A stretch of 64,000 bases of DNA from contig CM035354.1 of NCBI GenBank assembly GCA_020137815.1, positions 5,084,001 through 5,148,000 on the forward strand, read 5' to 3'. Of this stretch, positions 51,238-63,260 are shown in pieces (position 1 is the first letter of the stretch; each line of letters begins with the position of its first letter). The notes under the pieces are model-generated. The model was given only the letters and a program-made list of their open reading frames with translations, did no database searches and was not told the origin of the DNA. The DNA comes from Hormiphora californensis (taxonomy: Eukaryota; Animalia; Ctenophora). The position numbers were made by a program, and so were the translations under genes.

Positions 51238-51357
51238 TGTAAAAACGGCGACGGAATTCAGAAATTTTTTAAAAGTGGAGTTTTATTTTGGGATTTTAGT
51301 CAAGGTGGCGCGCACGAATTATTCATATTTCGCGCGTCACCAGACTGCATCGCTTAT

Positions 51358-51498
51358 GCTGAAACAGCGCGTCCGCGAGTTGGTGACATTGACAGTTAGT
51401 GCGTGCGAGATCGAGCTCGCACAGGCGGCCGCCTGTGCGAGCTCGATCTCGCACGCACTAACTGTCAATGTCACCAACTCGCGGACGCTGTTTTCAGC
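51358..51498. mobile_element. Near-perfect GC-rich hairpin MITE flanked by AT
   Basis: Loopless palindrome centred on GCGGCCGC (~51428), AT|GCTGAAA...TTTCAGC|AT. Confidence 0.75.
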
Positions 51499-52077
51499 AT
51501 GCTACCGCCCTGTCAGTGTCAGTGTCTCACAGTTTGTTGAGTAAGTTAAAGTTGGTTGACTTTGACTTTGAGTAAGTTACCCAACAACGCAAAGTATTGA
51601 CATGTTCCCAGTCTGTCTTGTTGAGTAACAAAGTCTGTCCGCCAGACATATCACAACGGTGTTCAGCCACTCACTCACTCCAACGGATGCCAAGTTTGTT
51701 CCCAATCCCACAGCTGTTTCGCCTCAATACAATACTACTTGTCATCTCAATTACCCCAATGCAACCTGTCTGGCGGCGCCAGACCCCAATTTGATGGGTC
51801 GCGGCGCCAGACAGAATGCAACTGCACCCTATTTTGAGTGGTTTAATTGTAACGCTATTCCACACCCCCTCTATTCCACAACCACTACTATAATAGTGCC
51901 ATTCACACCCTGACCCCCGCTCGATAAGTTTATTTAGTGTGTAATATAAGACGCATTTATATAGCTCACTCCCTCTAGGGCTCCACCACCTCGACCACCA
52001 CGCAGAGCTACAAGGAGCAATTAAGATATCGTATATCCTAGTGTGGTGTTATAGTGAAGGGGGCTTGATTGAGAAAC

Positions 52078-52083
<6 letters not shown>

Positions 52084-52161
<78 letters not shown>
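52084..52161. repeat. (GA)n microsatellite
   Basis: Directly visible. Confidence 0.95.
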
Positions 52162-52166
<5 letters not shown>

Positions 52167-52590
52167 AAGGCTCTTCTAGTTCTCGGACACACGGGCAGTC
52201 TTTGTTTAGTGCGGTTGTGGTGTTTTCCTTTGAAAAATAAAATTGATTTGTCTCATTTTCAGTTCATTAAATGTCATTTAAAAATCCCAAACTTTAGTAA
52301 TAGTGAATGAATCATTTTGTGACCCCTTTCTTGGGCCTCACTTCCATCTCGAATCTCCGCCGAACCAACGAATCCGGGGTAATTTTGACTGAAATTGTAC
52401 GCTTGAAATACCGTGGCGTATAACATGAACACTTGTCAAGATTTTTCATGAGTGCTACTTGGAACTAGATGGTAGAGAAAGGACAGCTTGGGCTAGAATA
52501 GCCCGTTCTGTAACTGAGCTTTATTTGATTCACAACTCCCAAATTACAAATCTGTCCCCCGTGCAGAGTGTTAAGAAAGGCCTGGATAAG

Positions 52591-53443
52591 ATGGGCCCAA
52601 GGAAATCATCCCGGAAAAGGAGGAAACTGAGTGGGATGAAGCGGATCGCTGCAACAACACGGGAAAGGAGTCGGATAGAACATCTTAACTGCGCTTTTAT
52701 TACGGTAATATATTCACCCAAAATTATAAATCCCTAAATAGGGAAGTTGAACAGATTTAGTAAGATCTGTATCTTACAATGCGACGTGGGCCACGATTTC
52801 ATTTAGTTTTCCTGCCCACCCTTGGTCACATGACACTGTGGGATGGGTCACATGACACCGTAGTCACATGACAGTTGACACCGTGGGATTGGGAATGGGT
52901 CACATGACACAATTTCACCCTCCACAGTTACGGAACAGGATCCCCACCCAACCATCTGATGTGAAGTTGACTAAAGTGGAGACACTCCGCCTGGCAATGA
53001 GTTACATTACCCACCTGGAGAAGTTGGTCAGAGAGATGAACAAAGGAGGAGGCGGTACTACCATGGTGAATATTAAGAAATCATTGGCATCGGCCGTCAC
53101 AGCCACTGATCCAACTTCTGTCTGGCCTAAAAAGGTAGGTATCACCATCTCCCTGAGAGACTTCCAAAATAATGGAGAATATTTTGAATTTTCCACTTGA
53201 TTCATGATATGCCCAATAGATAAAACTGTGTCTCTAAACCCCCTCGTCCCCCACCAGGAAGAGATAGGAGGATCCCAGCTACCGTGTGCACCCAGAGCAG
53301 TCCGTGTCAACATGAGACCTTCAGGGGCAGCATACACCGTGGACAGTAACGACTACCAGACAGTGGTGTCCTGGCCCTACGGAATGAGCGTAGTTCGACC
53401 CATCCCCACCGTTACATCTGTTATCCCTTCGGTAAAAAAGTAA
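52591..53443 (+). CDS. Class A bHLH transcription factor (paraxis/scleraxis/twist/hand-like). Exons ~52567/52591-52704, 52928-53133, 53258-53443
   Basis: KRIAATTRERSRIEHLNCAFIT|LRNRIPTQPSDVKLTKVETLRLAMSYITHL is a class A bHLH domain split by a GT-AG intron. Confidence 0.88.
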
Positions 53444-54202
53444 ATTTAATAATATTGTGGACTATAATTTGATGGAGTAATTTGATGGCTTTATTTGGTT
53501 AATTTTATTTTGAAAAGTGTACTTAACATACATTTAACTAAAATTTGTTTTTCATGACTAAAAAGTCACACACCACAACCACACACTGTACTATTCTTAC
53601 AAAGTATCCTCCGATACAGTGAAGATACACCCGTCTAGTTTGAACCCTGTCTGATCCCGATCTGAGTCTAAGAATCAAAACAGGGTGCCGCGAAACAGTT
53701 TGGACCGGAACCTCCTCCATTACATTAACATTCTGCTTTGAGCTTGATCTACCGAACCCTTACAGAGCACATTGTGAGCCACACAACTCTGAGCATCCCT
53801 GCCCCTCGTTAAAATCTAAACCAGTAACTTTATTTGTATCAGAACATGGGTTACAAAAATCATCAAAAAGCATCATAAACGCACACACACAGACGAGACT
53901 GAAAAATTTACAAACACAAACAAACATCTCGACATCTCTCTCGCATTGTCCTTTATTTTTAATTTTCATCAGTTCAAATTTAAATCAAAACATTTAACAA
54001 ACCGTCCCAATCACAACACAACACCCACAAAATCGTGAATTAGCTGGAAACCGCTACCGTATCGTCATACTAACTATCACCCAGATACGTCCAGAACCAG
54101 TCCTTCGCATCCCGATATCTTTACCGCCCATGACATTATATAAATTATTTGCCCCTTCCTATTTCCCAGCTCAATCCCATGGAGTCAGTATCCCAACACA
54201 CC

Positions 54203-57200
54203 TCACAGTGACAATATACATGATGAAACAATCTCAAATGATTCCTCGATATTGAAAGTGAGTGCCATGATGTGTTTGATTTCCAGGGCGATATCTCCAA
54301 ATAAGGGCCGTTTTGAGGGGTCGGCATGCCAACACCGGCACATTAAACCGAACATGTCATCATCGAATTCTACCAATCTCTCAGGTCTACCTCCCCGGAC
54401 CACGAAATCCTGAGTAGAAATATTATATGTTAGTTTGAAGAAGTACAGGTATCACTCAATACCGTATTCTGATCTATGGATACTGTTGTTGTCTGTCTGG
54501 CGTCGCGGACCCCATCAGAGCGCACTGTCTGAGAATCAAATCGGGGTTTGGCACCGCCAGGCAGGTTGTTGTGAGAAACGTTGAGAGTTGTAATCACCTG
54601 TAATTCAGGGAAAGTTCTGCAGTTAAAGTTTTTAGGTCGGTCCGCCCGTCCACTGCACAGGTACCAGAAAATAATACCGAACGCATAGATATCAACCGTC
54701 TTGTCGTACATACCTGAAATAGTGTTCATTTTAGTTGAGCTGTGATTTAGTGTTGAACTCATTTCGGATGCTGTTACACAATGTTGTTATATTTGGACAA
54801 AGTGGAACAAGGATTTTAAAGTTGATAAGCGAAAAGAATACTGATTTTATGAGAAACTAACATAACCTATGACAGACGTCCTAAAATAATAATACGCTCA
54901 GATTACACTGAAAATGTCTGGGATATTCAAGGCACACACCCACACCAAATCTGAACTGAGGAGAAGAACTCCCTGCCCAGGAGTCAGCACAATAACACCC
55001 AACTGTCCATGAATAACTCTGATATCTTCATTCTCCTCGACATTTCTCACAAACACCCAACTCTCGTTACCAGGGTGATTCTCCAGGACTCGGCTGGTTG
55101 CTAGGGAGTTATGGTGGGTTGCTAGGGAGTGATGGTGGGTTGCTAGGGAGTGATGGTGGGTTGCTAGGGAGTCATGGTGGTGGGAGATGGTGACCAGTAC
55201 CCTTGGATACTGAGAAGATACCAACCCTCTGAGAGGGATGTAGAAAGTAGGATGATATGTCACAACCACACACTGATCCATCTCAACAACACCATCCTCT
55301 CTGCTGCTACCACTGCAGTAGTCCTCAGCCAACTCCGGTCTTGTCCGCCCTATCGTCCTCAACTTCCCCCTGATATTCTTGTCATTAGGGTAGTGAGTTA
55401 GAATCTCATTCCTCACCTCCCCCACACCCTCTCTATCCTCCCACACCAAACACTCCAGATACGCCAGGTAGAACTCTACCCACATCTCCTCTCCAGGTAT
55501 CGTGAACGGTTCAGGGGAGGTCACCAGCTCGTTATCAGCAATCTCACCCCACCTCACACAACTGGCAGAGTCTTGTAGGGCGTGGGAAATACTCGTTAGG
55601 ACAATATAGTTACCAGGGTTGTAACTATCTGATTTCACACTGTAACCATGGTAACGGACCGCAGAGTTCAGATCCCGTACCGTCTCCGTTAGGTGATCTT
55701 GTGTCAAGGGAACTGATAGTAACCTGTCACCCACATTCAGCCCTAGATTCAGCTCTCCATCAAATAACTCTTCAAACATGGGCCAATCGTAGATAAACCT
55801 CTCGGCTATTTTAAACCTCTCTAGGGGGTCACGTGGCACTGTTACAGTGAGAGGATCACCCCATGGGTGCCCACTGTCCTCCAAGAGAAATGATACATAG
55901 AAACTAAGGTCACTGTCACTGGTGTCATACATGACTTCCTGTTGTAACTCCCTTGTTAACTGTCTCTCTATCTCCCCCGCTCTGATGATAATATCCTGGC
56001 GGTGTAGTGATGTTGAGTAGTGGTGGTCCAGGTAGGAGGGGGTGGAGAGGTGGAGGAGAGATGATAGGACGAGGATTATCATGGCTAGGAAAGGAGTAGT
56101 GAACTGTAGACATTTATAAAAAAACGAAACTTCAGCAGCTACCTTTCTAAAGTTGAGCAATAAAAAAAGGAAAGTTCAGCTGTAGCTACCCTTTCTAATG
56201 TTGAGCAATAAATAGAGGACGAGTAAACAGAGCTATGTCGGAGGTAAGAGAGAGTGTGTGCAGAGAGACGTAATTACACGCTCACGCATGGAAGAGAGAA
56301 TTGGAGAGAAGAGGGAGAGAAAAATAGTTATAACCCTACATGTTTCCTCGCCTCTAGCTCTTTGCCACCCCACCTCTCTATATGTATCTCGTAGAGCTCT
56401 CTATGCCCCTCTTTCTCGCTCACTAATGTACACACACACATAGAGAGATGGAGGAACTAAATGAGGGGCGACACAGAGATATTCAACAAGATATTGCTCA
56501 ACTGAAAACCTCATACATTGCAACAAAAGCAATAAAAACCATTGACAAGAAAAGGTAGCATACTATTTGGAGGAAGTCTTTGCAATGTATCATATTTCTC
56601 TTCCTCTAGTAAGATCGCATCTCAAAATAAGGCTACTCAAATTCGAATTATGTAACACAAAACGTGGACCTCGAACGCGGAGAGAGAGAGAACGTCTCCC
56701 AGCTACTGGAGAGTGGTAATATTATTATGCAAGTGTAGAAGGGTGATAATTTGGCAAATAGCCGCGGGCCGTTTTAGGCATAATGGGGCTCCCCACACAC
56801 ACAGACACACACGGACAGACAGACTGACATTTCCGTGACACATGCTAATAGTACCTGTGAATAATTCGGGTGCTATGTAGATGGGGGTGCCGACCAGGGA
56901 ACCAGACATCATTGCTTCTGGTTTACAGAACCCGTAATCAGTTATCTTGGCTTCATTATTAGCATCCAGCTGAAAGATGGAGGGGGTAGTTAGGATCGAT
57001 AGAGTTGTGGGTCTGAGTCAGACAGGGCTGGCATCTCCCATCTGTAGACAGTACAGTATGTGTGTGTGCGGAAATATGACCCCCTCTCTCAACTTGAGGG
57101 AGGGGGTGAAAAATTAGCACCTGCCACCCAGCCGCTGGGTATTGTTGAAACACGGCAATATGTACCAGTCATTTGTAACAGTACAGTATTATACCAACCC

Positions 57201-60200
57201 CTTCCTTCACATATATGCAGACTGAAGCACTTGGGGGTTCCCGTGTCATGGTATAGTTTGGAATATGAAAAAATTCGGGAAGGGAAGTTCAGAATATATT
57301 CCACTACAATCACCGACAACTCTGAACTTACCAGTACATTCTGTAGTTTGAGATCTCTGTGAACCAGACCCTGGTTGTGCAGGTACCGGGCCCCATCTAC
57401 AATACCAAGTGCCACACTGAACCGGGTCCGGGGATCCAGGGATTTGTTTTTCAGTGCTGCAAACAGATCCCGTGATAACCTGTCCATTATCTGAGGAGAG
57501 GGTGGAAGAGAGGTTAAATCATTTTACCATTCATTTAGAAATTCAACGACAAAAAGTCGTGATTTAATTTGGGATAACATCTGTTAAATAAAAGCAACAA
57601 TCAAGTGGAGGGTAATTACAGTTTCATACCAGGTAGGCGATGTTGTGTCCATTAGCCGACTCGTCGATAACCGCCCCGTGAAACCCACAAATATTCTTAT
57701 GCGCTGGGATATTCCTGGCATAATAGAATTCTAGCGCCAGACTACCCCAATGCTTGTCATCGGGTGGTACTACTGATTTCAGGGCAAGGGGTCCCTTTCC
57801 AGCCCACTTTACACATGAATATACGACCCCGAAATGTCCGCGACCAATCTCCCGGCCTTGTACTGGCAACCCATATTTCAACTGATCCCTATAAAAAGAG
57901 ATTTGAGTGTTATGTAATAGGAAACGGAAATTGTTTAATTAGAGAGTCTTTGATTAATTAATTGACTTTTTAATAAGTGTATGATGTTTTCTCGTACAGG
58001 AGGGATGTAGAGTAGAGAGCTAGACGGGCGAGTCTGGGGGCGTATTCTGTCCGTGTCCGGTGCCTGTCTTCCTCTGTCTAAGGGGAAGGATGGGATGGTC
58101 ACAACGTAGCCCCTTTCAAGTATTGGCATCGCGACCCACACCGGACTAAGCTAGGAGAGCAGTGAGGCTCACTGCACTTAGTGGAAATATGAGAAACTAT
58201 GAGGGAGAAGGGCAGGGAGAGAACTATACTATTACCTGTCCCAGTCGGGCTTGATGAAGTTTCAAGAGTTGATCCATACTGGATTCGAATATCTGATGGC
58301 TCTCGTTGAGTTTCTCTGTGAATTGTGTAGTGATTCCCTTTGACATAGGAGCTGCGTGTATCTTTGATAAAATAGCCTGAAATATCGTGTTTATAATCAA
58401 AAAGTGTTTATGTTTCGGAAATGTCACTCCATGATTCTGATTCAAGAGCGCTTTTCAGCGCTAAATCGTCTGCAGTAGTTCGCCAAAAATGGCGCGCGCA
58501 TTGCAGACCTTCGCGCGGGAGTTGTCTGACAAAACGACTCGCGCGTTACGCCAGGAGTGGAAGAATCAGGAAATGTCTGTCCCGTGTGTCCCACAATTCC
58601 AAGTACATACCTTGGCTGTATTTCGTTTAAACTCGGAGTTAGGGACGGGCTGTGGGAACCCCGAGTTGAACATCATTTTGAGACTCTCCCAGATAGCTTG
58701 TGCCATTGTGAACTGAGTAGAGAGGCGGAGATCCAGACCATACGCAGACGCCATGATCTTAGTTAGGGCTTGTCTCGCCTGACAGTGCTCCGCATCCTCT
58801 TGGTCTTCCTCCAGACGAGCCAGACATCTTGATAGGGTTCCTGGGGGTGGATAGTAAGAGATGGGAGGTGTTGGAATGGTAGGGGTAGAGTAATTTCCAG
58901 GGGGGGGGGAGAAACATGGACAGGAAGGGGACTGTGAGTCATTTTAGGAAGGAGAACGGGGTGTTTTACAATTTACTGGATGACTTTTAGGAGTTAGGTC
59001 TTAGGACATAGGGGAACTTTCACAATCAAGGGATGCACAAAAAGGGGGATAGCATGCACTGCTACCTAAATCAATCGACCCGGAAAGCGTGTGTCGTCGG
59101 GGTCGATCAGAAGACGAGGAGATTGAGGTCGAGGAGAGGGAGGGTGGAGAGAGGGAGTATCTTCTGCGCTTGAAGGAGGGTGAGGTCGGTGGTGATGGTA
59201 TCGGATCTAAAAGTGGGGCAGCAGTAGTCACTAGTCAGTTCTGGGGGTTGAAAATGCATGCAGGTATGTATACAGAGGTTAGAGCAGCCTGAGAGCAGCA
59301 AGATAATTGTAGATTTAAAACTCTCAAATAGCTTACCTACCTATCATGCTGTCTTGAAGACAGTTAGCGCTGTTGAAGATCTTCTTTGATACCACTTTGT
59401 TGAGTTTCTCAAGGACTAATCTCTCCAGCTGGTCGTTACACCGTCTAACCTGGCAATACAATGTGTCAGGAACAATGTTCCTTTAGTGCTGTAGTTGCAA
59501 CATATCTTGATAATGATCTACTTAACAAACTAATTTAATTAACTAATTAAAGCAAAGTTACCTGTCTAATGTCAGCTAACCGGCCATTTTCGCTTAACCT
59601 CAAGTTCTCAAACTCAAAGTTCTCTGACTCTTCCAAGATGGGTGGGGTAATTTCTGCAATACTCTCCTCTATAATCTGCATTATCTCTTGTTGGTTATCG
59701 TTTACCTGAAATAACACAGGTGTAACTGTAGGAGTTAAATACTTAATACTGCACACGCAGGTGTAATGTGGTCTGTGGACCTGTATGTAAAACAGGTGTA
59801 ACTAGGAGCTAAATACTTAATACTGCACACGCAGGTGTGGTAATATAGATAGCAGGTGTATACCCGATGAATGTGTACTGAGTACTCCTGTTCCCTCATT
59901 TTACACAAATGAGAATAACAAGATACTTGGCCACTACAATCTCTCAATATATATTCTGGGTGATTAGAAGTTAATTACCATTTCCAGCAGGTTATTATAC
60001 AGTTTCATTTCTTCACTTTTAACGTAATTAAATCTCCGGGGTGTAGTTTGAAGATCTCTGGCCAGTTTGAAGGCGTGGGTGATAAAGAAGTCCAGGGACC
60101 GGCAGTGTATCTGATTGATTTGTTTCACTGCCTCCAACAGCTCTTGCTTTAAATTTGTCTGAGGAAGAGAAATATGATGGTATCATTAGGGATATAAAAG

Positions 60201-60604
60201 GAAGATGTTTGCGTGTTTCATTATATCCTTTTCTCTCCCTCTCTCCCACTACATTCGGTGCGGTTAAAGAAAGGGTAGGATGAAGACATAGAGCTTCATT
60301 ATTTCAGGGTTAGGAGCTGGATAACTTCAAAATGTAATTTTTAGGATACATTCATACAAATCTCATTTCTTTCTCTCACCACACGTATCACCAAGCACAC
60401 AAACTACAGTAACAGTACCTGTATAAAACTGAAAAGTATCTTTTTGAACTCCTCAAATTGCTGAGCGAAGAAGTTTGAGGCCTTGTTCCGGCGGGCTGCT
60501 TTACATTGCCGGGCACTGATAGTAAAGAAATTATTACTGTCCGCAGGTAGGTGGGAGTCTTGCAGGAATCCCATCTCTTTTAACTTTTCGTGCATCTCTT
60601 TCTC
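54203..60604 (-). CDS. DSTYK: Dual serine/threonine and tyrosine kinase DSTYK (RIPK5), 3' portion; the 5' exons were not identified in the window
   Basis: [107 protein letters not shown] and [23 protein letters not shown]. Upstream [11 protein letters not shown]. Confidence 0.93.
54898..56082 (-). CDS. Intronless secreted 394-aa protein nested in a DSTYK intron on the same strand; degenerate prolyl 4-hydroxylase alpha-like
   Basis: Open 1.2-kb ORF with signal peptide [38 protein letters not shown] resembles the P4HA N-domain, followed by TPR-like [22 protein letters not shown] and EDYCSG. The catalytic region is truncated and carries a 21-nt His repeat. Confidence 0.7.
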   Translation of the reverse strand: MIILVLSSLLHLSTPSYLDHHYSTSLHRQDIIIRAGEIERQLTRELQQEVMYDTSDSDLSFYVSFLLEDSGHPWGDPLTVTVPRDPLERFKIAERFIYDWPMFEELFDGELNLGLNVGDRLLSVPLTQDHLTETVRDLNSAVRYHGYSVKSDSYNPGNYIVLTSISHALQDSASCVRWGEIADNELVTSPEPFTIPGEEMWVEFYLAYLECLVWEDREGVGEVRNEILTHYPNDKNIRGKLRTIGRTRPELAEDYCSGSSREDGVVEMDQCVVVTYHPTFYIPLRGLVSSQYPRVLVTISHHHDSLATHHHSLATHHHSLATHHNSLATSRVLENHPGNESWVFVRNVEENEDIRVIHGQLGVIVLTPGQGVLLLSSDLVWVCALNIPDIFSVI

Positions 60605-61739
60605 CTGCAAAATAAATAGATGATATATCGGGACGGGGGTAGGACTGCAGTGACTCTACTTTCACTTTTCATACTAATCACTCTACTTTCACTTTCAATG
60701 TAGTGATGTATAATTGCGACCCAACATATGGGCCCAGACAGTAATATTAGCATGTCTCACATTGCTGCTATCACACACATGGTGTTTCCTTACTTCTCCA
60801 GTTACACAAGCTTGGCAGGTTACACGGCCCTGGCCCCTGTCTCGATGTGAACCAGATATAATATTCACCAGATATGTACATAAGGTTATGGAACTCATGG
60901 GATTGAGGGAAAACATTGGCATTTAACAACTGGATCAGTAGATGTGTAGAGGGAGATGACGAGAGCAACTTATCTCTTCTAGTGTTCGGTTGATCACATA
61001 ATGAACGCACAGGTGCTCGATAGATAATCTTTGTTTACAATTATCATGCCAGAGCTTTATGATTTTTTCCCCGCCTGGGTGAATGCCGAAGGCATTCACC
61101 CAGATGCCTTTTGCAAAAAGGCATAGGGGTTTAGAATTCGACAATTTTACATACTAGTGATGTGTCACACTTTTTGTCCTGTAACGTAACCCGCTCAGTT
61201 GCGAGGGACAACGGTGTTGCTCCTTCATCAAATACGTCAAAGGCACGTTTTCAGGAAATGTGAGTTGTGCAATGTGGCGCACAATTTAGTGCTACTAAAA
61301 CACAAGGATTTGTTCTAATACGGTCTGAGTGATTCATAAATCTGTCTTGCCTTCACATTAGATGGTTATGAAAATAAAGGTTGGCGGGGAAACATAGCAT
61401 TATGAAACATAATGCAGTTATTCTTGGTTTTCTTCATATAATCAAAATCTCATGTCCATGAATGAGGCTAGGTGCCCAATGTGAACCATTCATTTTCTTC
61501 ACTGGTTGATGGTTCACTGCAGCAGTGTTCTCTCATAGCACATCCTTTCTTTCCCTCTAACGAGCTAAAGACACCACGCCTTTTCACAATGAATACCATT
61601 AGTGTTACTTTTTCTACATCCCTACATCCCTCCCTCTACTACTATTTTAGCAAACTTCTGTTGGGTCAGATGAGTGACACCTTGTCTGTCAATAATATCA
61701 TAAGAGCCCGACTACCTGAAAGTCATTCTCCCCGGCTAG

Positions 61740-62490
61740 CCATTGTCAGACTCAGACACCTCTTCAAACCGTCGGCTGATGGTGCTATCGATCCAGTCCG
61801 CCAGACCGCAATCTACCTCGACAAAGCTTTCTCTAAAAGACAGGAATTCACCAAAGATACGGGCTCATCTATCAATTCCCACCGAAACATTGAGCACTCC
61901 CAACACCCCGTTAGGATATGGATTCCATTACGGCAATCCAATCCAACTTTCACTAAACAACCCCAGTTGAGCATACTCAACACCAGCACCACTTTCCAGA
62001 AAGTCCAGGGCGGCTAGCCTTGGTCAGACTCAGACACCTCTTTTAACCGTCGGCTGATGACGAAGACAGGAATTCACCAGAGACATGGGTCCATCTATCA
62101 ACCCCCACTGAAACGTTGAGCCCTCTCAACACCCCGTTAGGATATGGATTCCAATGGAATCCAATCCAATATCTATTTATCCTTTGAGGTGATCATATTG
62201 ATTCTCATTGAAACGTTGAGCATTCTCAACCAACTGGTAGGTTATGGATACTAATCAAGTAACACCTTCCACCTTCGTTGAGCTGCGTGAGCTTACTCAA
62301 CCCCACCGAATCTGCTTTACCCAGACAGTGGGTAATACCCACCGAATCGTTGAGTACTCTCAACATCCCGTTAGGATATGGATTCCATTACGGCAATCCA
62401 ATCCAATATTATAACCTTAAAACAACCCTAGTTGAGCATACTCAACCCCAGCACTGTTTTCTTGAAAGTCCAGGGTTGCTAGCACCAAGA
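61740..62490. repeat. Degenerate ~230-280-bp tandem repeats, probably retroelement-derived
   Basis: GTCAGACTCAGACACCTCTT at 61745 and 62024. CCGTTAGGATATGGATTCCA at ~61908, 62135 and 62368. Confidence 0.7.
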
Positions 62491-63087
62491 ATTACCTCAC
62501 GAACTCTCTCATTTTTTTTTATGTGTGTCATATGTGTGTCTTTTGCCTGCCTACTGCATTTTTTACCCGTCCCCCTTAGATTTATTTTTCTTCGAGACTT
62601 GTTCTTTTTTTACTACTTTACGTTTTCTATTTTATATCGCTCCCACTTTTTACCCCCCTGTAATCCTTATCCCTGCCCTTGTTGACCACTTTACGCTTTT
62701 TAGCCTTTTTATTATGTATATTTTTATTATTTATTTATTCCCTTCACCTATGTTTTCCTTTTTTACCCGAGCGTGTCAATTTTGCCTAACAATATTAACT
62801 TTAAATTTAACTTTTAAACACCTTAGCATTTTTATTTAATTTATTTTTTTTTAAATCTCATCTGACAATGAAGTGCCATTATAGATGTATAATGTTTAAT
62901 TCCTGTAATTCCAATTCCTGTTTAATTCCTGCCTCTGTTGGACATTGGTTGGAGTCTCAATATATTTACTTAGATTGCAATTGTACGTACATCTTACAAT
63001 TGTACGTACATCTTACTATATAATGCGAAAAGGGGTGAAACTTGATCCCCCCCATGCATGTTTGGTGGTCCCTAAATCGTCGTCATC

Positions 63088-63260
63088 AAGATCAGATCAC
63101 ATCACCCAACATGCATGGTTAGATCACCCCACTGAGGATCAGATCCTCCCACCCATGATCAGATCATCCCATTGAGGATCACATCACCCCACCCATGATC
63201 AGATCACCCCACTGATGATCAGATCATCCCAGTGAGTATCAGATCCCACATTTCACCCAG
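63088..63260. repeat. Degenerate ~20-bp tandem repeat (GATCAGATCACCCCACTGA)
   Basis: About 8 GATCAGATC/GATCACATC units. Confidence 0.8.
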
